From a virus, in IMG/VR virus record IMGVR_UViG_3300027833_000013, positions 105,460 through 169,459 of that record: DNA of 64,000 nucleotides, one strand, 5' to 3'. The first letter of the stretch is position 1. The number at the start of each line of letters is the position of its first letter. The position numbers and the translations under genes are program-made. Of this stretch, positions 10,993-21,248 are shown piece after piece. The notes beneath the pieces are model-generated. The model was not told where the DNA came from and made no database searches. It worked only from the letters and a program-made list of their open reading frames with translations.

Positions 10993-11021
10993 TTGACAAC
11001 CTTAACTTTTTAGTATATACT
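10993..11021 (+). promoter_or_regulatory. Sigma70-type promoter at the head of the enzyme cluster
   Basis: TTGACA (10993-10998)-17 nt-TATACT (11016-11021); AAGGAG RBS at 11035-11040 and ATG at 11046. Confidence 0.8.
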
Positions 11022-11045
11022 ATACAGTATATCTAAGGAGTAACT

Positions 11046-11381
11046 ATGGACGAACGACTAGAAAAAGCATTAGCTGTTAGTAAAGCATTAGAAACACATC
11101 AAAATCAAAAAAATATTCTTCATAAGCAGTATAAAGATAATTTACTCTATTACTTTGATGGACATAAAGTTAGTGTAGACCTTTCTTTAATTAGTTACTG
11201 TACTAATAGAACAGGACCTGTAGTTATTATAGACGATAACAAGACTCCGACACTTATTGATAACGTTGAAGAATTTAATAAAAAAATAACAGCAATGTAC
11301 GACACTGCAACACGTAAATACCTTGTTGAATTTAAAAAGATTAAATCAAAAAGGTCAGTAGAGGAATTAATCGACCTATGA
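11046..11381 (+). CDS. Hypothetical protein
   Basis: 111-aa ORF with a strong RBS, overlapping the next gene (ATGA). Confidence 0.7.
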   Translation: MDERLEKALAVSKALETHQNQKNILHKQYKDNLLYYFDGHKVSVDLSLISYCTNRTGPVVIIDDNKTPTLIDNVEEFNKKITAMYDTATRKYLVEFKKIKSKRSVEELIDL

Positions 11382-12226
11382 CTCAAGGCGTATTGTTATT
11401 TGCATATAATTCTAAACATATGGATTATACAAAACAAGCTATATATTGTGCAAAACTTATCAAAGAATACCTTGGTAAGGAAGTTGCACTAGTAACTGAT
11501 AACGAAGAATATATTCAACGTCAATATCCGTTTTATACAAAGTATATAGATCATGTTATTACAACTGGTCATGAGGATAATGTACAAGAGCGTGTGTACA
11601 ATGACGGACTGTATCACAGTGATCGCCAACGTTGGTATAATACTAATAGAAGCTCATGTTTTGAATTGACTCCGTTTGACGAAACACTTGTAATAGATAC
11701 AGATGTTTTAATTTTTAATGACGAATTAAATAGATGCTTTGACTCGACAGAAGATTTTCTAATATCTAAAGATTATAACTTTGTTGATATGAAGCGCGAC
11801 TATTCAGAGTTTAATAAAGTGTCTGATACAACATGTGATATGTTTTGGGCAACTGCATTTTATTTTAAAAAAACTGCATTTACAAATGTATTTTTTGATC
11901 TTATCGAACACATTAAAGAAAATTGGCATTTCTATAGACTAGTATATGAAGTTGTAGAAGTTAAGTTTAGAAACGATTATGCATTTAGCATAGCAATACA
12001 TATGCTTCGAGGCATGAAAGACGCAACTTGGCCATCCCGTGTTCCTGCAAGCATTTGGATTACTGTAGATAAAGACATACTACATTCAATAAACGATACT
12101 AAATTAACCGTGTTATTACACAAAGAATACGACTATCAAGCAAGTGCAATTTGTGATGCTAATGTACACGTAATGAATAAGTTTTCATTAGAACGTTGCA
12201 TTGACAAGGTATTTGAAAATGAGTAA
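11378..12226 (+). CDS. GT-A fold glycosyltransferase-like protein (GT8/mannosyltransferase-like)
   Basis: GVLLFA start, VALVTD, TPFDETLVIDTD (DxD motif), RNDYAFSIA. Confidence 0.7.
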   Translation: MTQGVLLFAYNSKHMDYTKQAIYCAKLIKEYLGKEVALVTDNEEYIQRQYPFYTKYIDHVITTGHEDNVQERVYNDGLYHSDRQRWYNTNRSSCFELTPFDETLVIDTDVLIFNDELNRCFDSTEDFLISKDYNFVDMKRDYSEFNKVSDTTCDMFWATAFYFKKTAFTNVFFDLIEHIKENWHFYRLVYEVVEVKFRNDYAFSIAIHMLRGMKDATWPSRVPASIWITVDKDILHSINDTKLTVLLHKEYDYQASAICDANVHVMNKFSLERCIDKVFENE

Positions 12227-13058
12227 CGGTGTATGTTTACTAGCACAAAATAACGATACTACTGATTATATTAGACAAGCCTACGCACTTGCATTAAGCA
12301 TTATTGCAAAGTCTCCTAAACAAAAAGTAAGCCTTATTACTAATGACAGTGTGCGTGACAAATACAGAAAAGTATTTGATCAAATCATTCCTATTCCTTG
12401 GGACGATAGTGCAACTAAAAGTAACTGGAAAATTGAAAATAGATGGAAAGTTTATCATGCAACACCTTACAGAAATACTATAGTATTTGATGTTGACATG
12501 CTAGTATTAGAGGATTTAGACATATACTGGAATCAGTTACAAAAAAATAATGTTGATCACGATATACTTTTTACTACGCAAGTGGTCAATTATAGGAACG
12601 AGCCTGTAACAAGTAGGTATTATAGAAAAACATTTGATGCAAACAACTTGCCTAATTTATATTCAGGAATGTATTACTTTAAAAAAGCAGAAACTACAAA
12701 ACAATTTTTTGGCTTGCTAAAAACTGTTATGTGGAATTGGGGCGACTTTTACAAGATCAGTCTAAGTAAAATACCTCAAGAATGGTGTAGCTTTGATGTG
12801 TGTACTGCAATAACTGCAAAGTTATTAGATAGGACATACACTATCGGAGACAACAATAATATTCTTGAGTTTACCCATATGAAATCGAGATTACAGAATG
12901 TTGATATTGATGATAAATGGACTAAGTCTCTTTTTGTAGATTTTAATAAAGATCTTAATTTAATAGTTGGCGGAATTAAGCAGTCAGGAATATTTCATTA
13001 TGTTGAAGATGAATTCTTAACAGACGAAATAGTTAGTATACTAGAGGAAGCAATATGA
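12219..13058 (+). CDS. GT-A fold glycosyltransferase-like protein (paralogue of 11378)
   Basis: GVCLLA, VSLITND, FDQIIPI, TPYRNTIVFDVD (DxD), YSGMYYFKK; ATG 12219 preferred over TTG 12201. Confidence 0.7.
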   Translation: MSNGVCLLAQNNDTTDYIRQAYALALSIIAKSPKQKVSLITNDSVRDKYRKVFDQIIPIPWDDSATKSNWKIENRWKVYHATPYRNTIVFDVDMLVLEDLDIYWNQLQKNNVDHDILFTTQVVNYRNEPVTSRYYRKTFDANNLPNLYSGMYYFKKAETTKQFFGLLKTVMWNWGDFYKISLSKIPQEWCSFDVCTAITAKLLDRTYTIGDNNNILEFTHMKSRLQNVDIDDKWTKSLFVDFNKDLNLIVGGIKQSGIFHYVEDEFLTDEIVSILEEAI

Positions 13059-13681
13059 GTTACTATGCGTATTACAATGAAAAATGCGAAGTTACACAGA
13101 TATCTAATGAGCCAGATCTGTCTACGAACGACATGTATATTTTAATTGATGAAGAAATGTTTATTGCATTTGCTAATGAAAAAATTAATTATATCAATTA
13201 TAAAGTTATAAGCGGAAAGTTAACACTTAAAGCAGAAATTGAATTAGAAAAATATACTGACTCAAGAATCCCAATTGAACTTACTGATACATTAATAGAA
13301 AACTGCATGGTAGTAACACAAGATAAAAAAAATAAACATTGGTTTGCACAGTGTTATCTTAGTAGTGATGTTATAGAAAACTTTCTACTTATGCCAAAAG
13401 AACAAATTGAAAAAAAGATATTTACATTTTATGTAACAGCAAAAGACAACAGATTTATTTTACTTGATACAATAAAAATACCTGCAAAGTTTGTCCTCAC
13501 AAAGAATGAAGGATGGCACACTGAAGCAACTAGTGCAGATACTGGAGATGTGGTTGAAGTATTTACTGCACCGGCGTATACTATACCTAATATAGACAAA
13601 GAAATAGTAACTCAGGATGTTAGATTACTCGTCAGAAGAGACTTTTTAACCTATCATCATAAAGTAGGAGAACTTACATGA
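13055..13681 (+). CDS. Hypothetical protein
   Basis: 208-aa ORF translationally coupled on both sides. Confidence 0.65.
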   Translation: MSYYAYYNEKCEVTQISNEPDLSTNDMYILIDEEMFIAFANEKINYINYKVISGKLTLKAEIELEKYTDSRIPIELTDTLIENCMVVTQDKKNKHWFAQCYLSSDVIENFLLMPKEQIEKKIFTFYVTAKDNRFILLDTIKIPAKFVLTKNEGWHTEATSADTGDVVEVFTAPAYTIPNIDKEIVTQDVRLLVRRDFLTYHHKVGELT

Positions 13682-14598
13682 AAATTATAGATTATGATAT
13701 TATATACTTGTCATACGACGAGCCAAACGCAGAAAAAAACTATGCAGACCTATTAAGTAAAGTGCCTTGGGCAAAACGGGTGCATGGTGTAGAAGGCAGT
13801 GATGCCGCACACAAAGCATGTGCAAACCTAAGTGAAACAGATCGTTTTATTACAGTAGATGGCGACAACATTATTAATGCAGAGTTTTTAGGACAAGAAC
13901 TTGACTTTGATGATCATGCAGATTTAGAACACAGTGTAATTAGTTGGTGCGGCAGGAATATAATTAACGGATTAATGTACGGCAATGGTGGATTAAAATG
14001 TTGGCCAAAGCAGTATGTGTTAGATATGAAAACACATGAAAACGCAGAAGCAGACAACCCGCATGCACAAGTTGACTTTTGCTGGGATCTAAAATACATA
14101 CAGCAAAACAGTTGGTATAGCGATGTACATAATAATGAAACTGCACTACAAGCATGGAGGGCAGGGTTCCGTGAAGGTGTTAAGATGTCATTAGATCAAG
14201 GAGTGCGACCAACTAAAGAAGCTTTCTTACAAGGCCATTGGAAAAACTTACATAGGTTGTGGGTGTGGTTAATGGCAGGCGCTGATGTAGAAAATGGACT
14301 ATGGGCTATTTATGGTGCTCGAGAAGGATTATATATGACAATGTGTACAGATTGGGATTATGTACAAGTTAGGGATTTTGAATATTTAAACGAGTACTGG
14401 AATAAAACAGTTAGTGTATATATAAATGACGACAACTTGTTAGAATCAATTCAACGGTTAGGCAACAGTCTTATTGATGAATTAGAAATACCCATTGCTA
14501 AGAATCCTTTAGATGCACAACAAAGTAAGTTCTTTAAAGAAGTTTACCAGAATCCGAGTAGGAATGCACGACAACAGTTTGTGATTGATCCTGAATGA
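13678..14598 (+). CDS. GT-A-like (GT2-related) protein
   Basis: DIIYLSYDEP, RVHGVEG..AAH, FITVDGD (DxD), YGNGGLK, AWRAGFRE; paralogue of 20568. Confidence 0.55.
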   Translation: MKIIDYDIIYLSYDEPNAEKNYADLLSKVPWAKRVHGVEGSDAAHKACANLSETDRFITVDGDNIINAEFLGQELDFDDHADLEHSVISWCGRNIINGLMYGNGGLKCWPKQYVLDMKTHENAEADNPHAQVDFCWDLKYIQQNSWYSDVHNNETALQAWRAGFREGVKMSLDQGVRPTKEAFLQGHWKNLHRLWVWLMAGADVENGLWAIYGAREGLYMTMCTDWDYVQVRDFEYLNEYWNKTVSVYINDDNLLESIQRLGNSLIDELEIPIAKNPLDAQQSKFFKEVYQNPSRNARQQFVIDPE

Positions 14599-15965
14599 GT
14601 AACGAACAACGTATAGAAGAATTAAAACTAAAAAAAGATCTAATAAATTCTGTTAGTTGTAGTTTCTGTACGGCTAAGTGGTTACAAACAACCCTTATGT
14701 TACAAAATGGATATAACCATAGTTGCCATCACCCGGCACCGCATAAAATTCCATTAGAAGAAATAGAAGCAGATCCCGCAGCCTTGCACAATAGTAAGTT
14801 TAAAAAAGAACAACGTGCTATGATGTTAAAAGGTGACCGCCCTTCGGAATGTGATTACTGTTGGAAGATTGAAGATTTAGACAAAGATTATTTTTCAGAC
14901 AGACATTATAAAACAGCAGACAACTGGGCATGGGACAGATTTGAAGATATTGCTAAAAGCAATCCACAAGATAATGTATATCCTAGTTACTTAGAAGTTA
15001 GTTTTTCAAATGCTTGTAATTTTGCATGTGCTTACTGCTCGCCTGAAATTAGCAGTAAGTGGATGGAAGATATAAAACAAAACGGTGAGTATCCGGACGG
15101 TGCTCATAACTTAGATTATTTAAAGCAAGCTGGAAAATTTCCATATGCAAACAACGAAGACAATCCGTATGTAACAGCATTTTGGAAATGGTTTCCTGAT
15201 GCACTTCCGCATTTAAAAGTTCTACGTATTACAGGCGGCGAACCTACAATGAGTAAAGATACTTGGAAGTTATTAGATTACATAATTAATAATCCACAAC
15301 CTCAATTAGAAATTGCAGTTAATACAAATTTAAATGTTCCAGCAAAGCTAATAGATAAATTAATATACTATAGCGGCGAGCTTGAAGGTAAACTTAAAAA
15401 GTTTGACATATACACAAGTGCTGAAGCAGTTGGTGACCAAAATGATTATGTAAGAGATGGGATGAATTACAAAGTTTGGATGACTAATGTACATCGTATG
15501 TTGTATGAAACTAATAGTACTGTAGCAATAATGACAACTATTAATATTTTAAGTTTGCCTAGCTTTGCTAAATTTATACAAGACGTTATGGAACTTAGAA
15601 AAGATTACAATTTAAATTTTGAACACAATAGAATTCCGTTAAGCATTAACTATCTTAGATGGCCTTTGCATTTACAAACTATACTATTAGATAAAGAACA
15701 ACGTGTAAAGTACGCTAATGAAATTGAGAGTACATGCGAGTCTTGGCTCAAATATTACAGTAAAGAAAAATATGCTAGAATTTACTTAGAAGAATTTGAT
15801 CAAATAAAACGGTTGTGTAACTATCTTAGAAACACAGAACCAGCTATTCAGTATCGTGGTAACTTTTGCAGATATATACATGCATACGATAAGCGTCGAA
15901 ACAAAAACTTTAAAGATACTTTTCCAGAGTACTCAACATTATTAGAGGATTGGCATGCCAGCTAA
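14595..15965 (+). CDS. Radical SAM protein with N-terminal twitch/SPASM-like Fe-S domain (subfamily A)
   Basis: CNFACAYC motif and TGGEP; N-terminal FCTAKW...SCHHP...ECDYC. Confidence 0.9.
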   Translation: MSNEQRIEELKLKKDLINSVSCSFCTAKWLQTTLMLQNGYNHSCHHPAPHKIPLEEIEADPAALHNSKFKKEQRAMMLKGDRPSECDYCWKIEDLDKDYFSDRHYKTADNWAWDRFEDIAKSNPQDNVYPSYLEVSFSNACNFACAYCSPEISSKWMEDIKQNGEYPDGAHNLDYLKQAGKFPYANNEDNPYVTAFWKWFPDALPHLKVLRITGGEPTMSKDTWKLLDYIINNPQPQLEIAVNTNLNVPAKLIDKLIYYSGELEGKLKKFDIYTSAEAVGDQNDYVRDGMNYKVWMTNVHRMLYETNSTVAIMTTINILSLPSFAKFIQDVMELRKDYNLNFEHNRIPLSINYLRWPLHLQTILLDKEQRVKYANEIESTCESWLKYYSKEKYARIYLEEFDQIKRLCNYLRNTEPAIQYRGNFCRYIHAYDKRRNKNFKDTFPEYSTLLEDWHAS

Positions 15966-17400
15966 AGAAGATGAAACATTGCTACAGTACAGGCAACGTA
16001 TAATAGATCCAAAGAGTACTAGCTTCTGTGGTGCAAAATGGTTTAATGCAACTACTTGGTTAGGTAGTGGCACAACTGCTAGTTGTCACCACCCGCCGGC
16101 ACATCAGATTCCATTAGAAGAAGTAGAAGAAAACTACACAGCAATTCACAACACTAAACATAAGAAAGAGATGCGTAGGCAAATGCAAACGGGCGAACGC
16201 CCTGCAGAGTGCGAGTATTGTTGGAAAATGGAAGATATGAAAAAAGATGCAGTAAGTGATCGCACCTTTAAAACTATTATCTATACTGACGAAGAACTAC
16301 AGGCTGCATATGATGCAGACTGGAATGAAAACACAGGTCTTAAAACGTTTGAAATTGCGTTTGATAGAACTTGTAACTTAGCGTGTTCGTATTGCAATGC
16401 TAGTTTTAGTACTACATGGGCAAAAGATATTAATAAGAATGGTCCTTATGAAAACTTAGTCAGTGATGGCGCAGGTGCGTTTAAACACAATGGTGATTGG
16501 GCCGCTCCGTACGATAATGATGCAGACAATCCTTATATACAGGCATTTTGGAAATGGTGGGATAACGGCCTTGCAGATAGTTTAGATGAACTACGCATTA
16601 CAGGTGGCGAACCACTAATGAGCGGCAACACTTGGAAACTATTTGATTGGTATTCTAAACAGAAATCAGATATGCGATTTGCTATTAACTCGAACTTAAT
16701 TGCAAAAGAAAGCATTATTAATAAGTTGATTGAAAAAGCCCAAGGAATTAAAAAGTTCCACATTTATACTAGCTGTGAAGCAGTTGGTGAACAGGCTGAA
16801 TACATCCGGGACGGGTTAGTTTACGATCAATGGGTAAACAACGTAACACGTATTTTAGATGAAACTGACGTAGAGCTACATTGCATGATGACTATTAATA
16901 GTTTATGCTTGTTTAGTATTACAGAATTTCTTGATCAAATCTATACGCTAAAAGAACGTACAGGAACAAAAACGCCGACAGTAAGTTTAAACTTATTACG
17001 TTTTCCAAGTTTCCAAAGTCCTTTAGCATTGCCAGTACATCTTAAAGATTATTGCTACAATAAACTAAATGATTGGTATAACGTAAACAAGCACAAAGCG
17101 TTATGGCACGAGCATGAAAAAGCAAGCATCGAACGTTTAATAGATTATCTAGTTACTGTAGATGCTCCGCATAGACGCACGAGCAATCCTGTAACACTAT
17201 GGCGCGACTTTAAAACATTTTATCAGCAATATGATGTACGTAGAAATAAAAACATAAACGTGTTTCCAAAAATCCTAACAGATTGGATAGAAAGTATTCC
17301 TGATACAGATGCAAGTATTACAGAACTTGCAGAAAAAGAAGGATGGATATTAAATCCTGATAATAAGAATATTGCCAAAGGACTAGCAACATATGACTAA
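15955..17400 (+). CDS. Radical SAM protein with N-terminal twitch-like domain (subfamily A)
   Basis: CNLACSYC, TGGEP; FCGAKW...SCHHP...ECEYC; tandem paralogue of 14595. Confidence 0.9.
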   Translation: MPAKEDETLLQYRQRIIDPKSTSFCGAKWFNATTWLGSGTTASCHHPPAHQIPLEEVEENYTAIHNTKHKKEMRRQMQTGERPAECEYCWKMEDMKKDAVSDRTFKTIIYTDEELQAAYDADWNENTGLKTFEIAFDRTCNLACSYCNASFSTTWAKDINKNGPYENLVSDGAGAFKHNGDWAAPYDNDADNPYIQAFWKWWDNGLADSLDELRITGGEPLMSGNTWKLFDWYSKQKSDMRFAINSNLIAKESIINKLIEKAQGIKKFHIYTSCEAVGEQAEYIRDGLVYDQWVNNVTRILDETDVELHCMMTINSLCLFSITEFLDQIYTLKERTGTKTPTVSLNLLRFPSFQSPLALPVHLKDYCYNKLNDWYNVNKHKALWHEHEKASIERLIDYLVTVDAPHRRTSNPVTLWRDFKTFYQQYDVRRNKNINVFPKILTDWIESIPDTDASITELAEKEGWILNPDNKNIAKGLATYD

Positions 17401-18646
17401 AGATAATTTTTGTGTAGCACCGTGGATGCATTTACACGTTATTAACGATGGCCGGGCATTTCCTTGTTGTCAAACACCTTTAGAAGATAAACATGCATAT
17501 GGCAATGTAAGAGAAACTGCAATACATGATATCTTAAACAGTACTAAAGCTAAAGGCATGCGCAAAGATATGTTAACAGGTGTGCCATTACCTTCTAGTT
17601 GTGAGCGATGCACATCTAAAGAAAAGCACGGATTTGGTAGTATGCGCACTGGCATGAATCAAAAGTGGTTACCTCAAGTACAAGACGAAGTAGACGCAAC
17701 TCATGCAGACGGAACAATAGACAATCCTGTAATTAAAAATTGGGATTATAGATTTAGTAACTTTTGTAATCTTGCTTGTCCAACTTGCGGTCCATTGTTC
17801 AGTACACAATGGCATGCTGATTATAAAAAATTATTTCCTGACTATCCAATGACCGAAAAGGCACTAGTTGATCTAAAAGATGCAGATTTATTTTGGAGTG
17901 ATTTTTCAAAATATGCTAACCATGCAAAAGAAATTCATATTGCAGGCGGCGAACCATTTATGATGCCCGAAAATAATAAAGTGTTAACTGCATTAGAACA
18001 AGAAGAAAATTACGATATTGCAATACGATATAGTACAAACTGTACAGTATTAAAGCAAGGAAAAGAAAATATTCTAGACCGATTACAGAAGTTTAGTTAT
18101 ATACATCTTAGTTGTAGTATTGATGCCGCAGGCGATGCTTTCGAATACATTCGATATAAAGGTAAGTGGGACGTTGTTTTAAATAATTTAAAAGAAATTA
18201 GACAAAGTGGCCACAACTATTGGATTCATCCTACAGTAAGTATATTAAATATTTTTAGAATTACAGAGTTGCACGAAGAACTTTGGAACGCAGATATTAT
18301 ACCAGCAAAACGAGTACATTATAATGCCGACGGAACTGGTGCAGAATTTCACATAGAAAACTACTGGGTTGACAGGATGCACTTTAATCCATTATTTGTT
18401 CCTGAATATTATAGTATGACAATAATGCCAGCACACCTTAAAGAGCAGGCCGCCGATAAAATTACAACTTATGGCAAACGACTAGAGAAGGAACATAGTA
18501 TTCCGTTCCATGGCTGGCAAGCCTTAATTGATTTTATGTATCAGGCAGATGACAGTCATTTGTATGATGAATTTTTAAGTAAAACACACAATTTAGATAA
18601 ATTACGTGGCAATGATTTTTATAAAATTAACAAGGAATTTAAATAG
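17393..18646 (+). CDS. Radical SAM protein with N-terminal twitch domain (subfamily B)
   Basis: FCVAPW.H...PCC...SCERC, then CNLACPTC and AGGEP. Confidence 0.9.
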   Translation: MTKDNFCVAPWMHLHVINDGRAFPCCQTPLEDKHAYGNVRETAIHDILNSTKAKGMRKDMLTGVPLPSSCERCTSKEKHGFGSMRTGMNQKWLPQVQDEVDATHADGTIDNPVIKNWDYRFSNFCNLACPTCGPLFSTQWHADYKKLFPDYPMTEKALVDLKDADLFWSDFSKYANHAKEIHIAGGEPFMMPENNKVLTALEQEENYDIAIRYSTNCTVLKQGKENILDRLQKFSYIHLSCSIDAAGDAFEYIRYKGKWDVVLNNLKEIRQSGHNYWIHPTVSILNIFRITELHEELWNADIIPAKRVHYNADGTGAEFHIENYWVDRMHFNPLFVPEYYSMTIMPAHLKEQAADKITTYGKRLEKEHSIPFHGWQALIDFMYQADDSHLYDEFLSKTHNLDKLRGNDFYKINKEFK

Positions 18647-19647
18647 TGAGTAAAAAAAGTAAGCTAGAAAAGGTATCTCAATCGCAACTAGCAAAGACCA
18701 TAGTAACGAACAAGACAATACAGAAAGATAATTACGACAGTCCTGGTAGCGATTGGGATAATGTTTCCCACTTAGGGGTTGATCATCTAGATACATCAGC
18801 AGTTTCACCTTTTCGAGTTAAATCATTTGATGATCTTAGAAACTATGGCCCGTGGCAACCACTGCACCTATTAAGAAAACGTGCAGGCGAAACTCGTGAG
18901 AATGTATCATTCGATGTGCCCTGGGTACACGAAACTGAAATTCCATATCTTAAAGAACAGCCTTGGAAATATAGAATAAATGAATACGGATTTAGAGACG
19001 AATGGAAATTTAAAACTAAACGTGCAAACATAGGCTACTTTGGATGCAGTATGACATATGGTGAAGGCGTCGATACCCCAGATCTATGGAGTACTCATAT
19101 AACAAATGCGTATAAGTTAACAGGGTTAAACTTTGGTGTAGGCGGCGCCGGTCCTTTGCGTGTAGCAAGAACATTTGCCGCAGTACAGCAAACAATGAAA
19201 TTAAAGTATGCTATAATAATGCTACCACAAATCTCAAGAGTAGAACTATGGCAATACAACAATTATCAGCAACCAAAACAGCATCCTAGATTACATACTA
19301 TAAACTTAATTCCTAATTTTCCACCTAGTCCTACAGATTTTACGGGAGGAGATGACGTGTATAATGATTACTTTAAAGTTATGACAGATGAACAATCAAT
19401 TAGTCAGTGTGTACAAGCGTGTAATTGGATAACTCAAACAGCAAGAGCAAACAAGACTCGGGTACTATTCTGTTCTTGGGATCCGTTTAGTTTATGGGCT
19501 ATGCACAATGCAGGAGTTCCTAATTTGCATAATAAAATGTTTAAAAGGCTAGACTTAGGTAGAGATCAAATGCACCCGGGCCCGGAGTCTAATTTACAAT
19601 TTAGTAAAAGTATAAGAAGGTGGATAGATGCTAACCCTTGGCTTTAG
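18646..19647 (+). CDS. SGNH/GDSL-family hydrolase or acyltransferase
   Basis: YFGCSMTYGEG (block I), NFGVGGAG (block II), RDQMHPG (DxxH). Confidence 0.7.
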   Translation: MSKKSKLEKVSQSQLAKTIVTNKTIQKDNYDSPGSDWDNVSHLGVDHLDTSAVSPFRVKSFDDLRNYGPWQPLHLLRKRAGETRENVSFDVPWVHETEIPYLKEQPWKYRINEYGFRDEWKFKTKRANIGYFGCSMTYGEGVDTPDLWSTHITNAYKLTGLNFGVGGAGPLRVARTFAAVQQTMKLKYAIIMLPQISRVELWQYNNYQQPKQHPRLHTINLIPNFPPSPTDFTGGDDVYNDYFKVMTDEQSISQCVQACNWITQTARANKTRVLFCSWDPFSLWAMHNAGVPNLHNKMFKRLDLGRDQMHPGPESNLQFSKSIRRWIDANPWL

Positions 19648-20575
19648 AAATATACACGGCGTTAGTACTAGTATTAATTTACTGCCAGATAACACCGAAA
19701 CATCATTAGTATGGCAATCTGCATTAGACACTTTATTAGAAACGCACAATGATAAAATATTTCAAAAGAACTTTAGTCTATTAGGACATCCTACACATAA
19801 TAGATCTAAACAGCACATGATAAATGATCTAGAACGAAGTGTTAACATTGTAAACATACATACAGAATACGAAATTGACGAAGACTTTTCTACATTTGAT
19901 CAAGAAACATTAAACAGATTGCATCATCATTTTGAAATATTACAAGGACAACTTTGGAACCCCAGTTCATTTTTAACTACAGCGTCTGGAGAAGTGCGGT
20001 GTGCAATATGTTATTTAAATCATTGCTGTCATGAACTAGAAGCATATTATGATTCGTATGAAAAGGAATATACTAACTATAACGGTTATTTTTACTATAA
20101 CTTGTTAGGTATAACAGATAGAACTGACATGCCGCTAGGAATAAAAAAGCAATTTACTACTGACATAACTGACGGCATGGTATATTTACATTATGCTCAA
20201 ACAGGTAAAACTTGGTACGAAGCATACTTAGATAACGATTTAGAAATAGACCCTAGCAATATATCAGAACATAGGGTTATCACAGGCGAATTTAATTTAT
20301 ACTCTGGACCAGGGTTTAGTTTTCCAACAGACAGTAATTTTACATCATGGTTAGAATCAAAAAATGTAGATCCTAATGATTCTGATTTAGCATTAGGATA
20401 TGCACCAGTTGCAACAGTAGATGTACCATATACTGAACTACAAGAAATATTAAAAGAATACGATGACTTTCATAGTATTGAATTTAATGGTAAAAAAATT
20501 GAATATAACTATAGACATACCGACCTAGAGTATGTTATAATGTTAGAACATATGTGGAGTAAATGGAATGTATGA
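19628..20575 (+). CDS. Hypothetical protein, His-rich helical (possible metal binding)
   Basis: LNRLHHHFE and LNHCCHELE motifs; no family recognised. Confidence 0.55.
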   Translation: MLTLGFRNIHGVSTSINLLPDNTETSLVWQSALDTLLETHNDKIFQKNFSLLGHPTHNRSKQHMINDLERSVNIVNIHTEYEIDEDFSTFDQETLNRLHHHFEILQGQLWNPSSFLTTASGEVRCAICYLNHCCHELEAYYDSYEKEYTNYNGYFYYNLLGITDRTDMPLGIKKQFTTDITDGMVYLHYAQTGKTWYEAYLDNDLEIDPSNISEHRVITGEFNLYSGPGFSFPTDSNFTSWLESKNVDPNDSDLALGYAPVATVDVPYTELQEILKEYDDFHSIEFNGKKIEYNYRHTDLEYVIMLEHMWSKWNV

Positions 20576-21248
20576 CATTATTTTTATAAGCTATAATGAA
20601 CCAGAAGCTGATGCTAACTGGGAACGTCTTACTGAAACATACTTCTGGGCTAAACGTGTACACGGTGTAACTGGAATTCATCAAGCCCACATACAAGGTG
20701 CTAAACTAGCTAACACAGAAATGGTTTGGTTTGTTGATGCAGATGCAATAGTAATGGATGACTTTGACTTTAGTTACGAACCTGATAAAGATAACCTAGA
20801 CACAGTGCATGTATGGCGTAGTCAAAACCCGGTTAACGGATTAGTGTACGGCAACGGCGGAATAAAACTATTTCCTCGTCAGCTTACTATTGACATGGAT
20901 TTGTCACAACCTGATATGACAACTAGTATAACGCACAAATTTAAAGTAATGCACGAAATTGCAAACATTACAGCATTTAATACCAACCCTTTCAGTACAT
21001 GGCGTAGTGCATTTAGAGAATGTGCAAAATTAAGCAGTAAAGTAATTGATCGGCAAAAAAATGAAGAAACAGATAGTAGACTGGATACGTGGTGTACCGT
21101 TGGGCGTGAAAACTTATTTGGTGACTATGCTATTCGTGGTTCCATTGCTGGGCGTAAGTATGGCGCTACTCATCAAGGCGATACTGCCGCTTTAAGATTA
21201 GTAAACAATTATGATTGGCTAAAGGAGCAATTTGATGCAGACGTTTGA
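20568..21248 (+). CDS. GT-A-like protein (paralogue of 13678)
   Basis: DIIFISYNEP, RVHGVTG, WFVDAD (DxD), YGNGGIK, TWRSAFRE. Confidence 0.6.
   Translation: MYDIIFISYNEPEADANWERLTETYFWAKRVHGVTGIHQAHIQGAKLANTEMVWFVDADAIVMDDFDFSYEPDKDNLDTVHVWRSQNPVNGLVYGNGGIKLFPRQLTIDMDLSQPDMTTSITHKFKVMHEIANITAFNTNPFSTWRSAFRECAKLSSKVIDRQKNEETDSRLDTWCTVGRENLFGDYAIRGSIAGRKYGATHQGDTAALRLVNNYDWLKEQFDADV

Noticed and set aside
12201-12229. TTGACA as a promoter -35 box
   Set aside because: No credible -10 hexamer 16-18 nt downstream.
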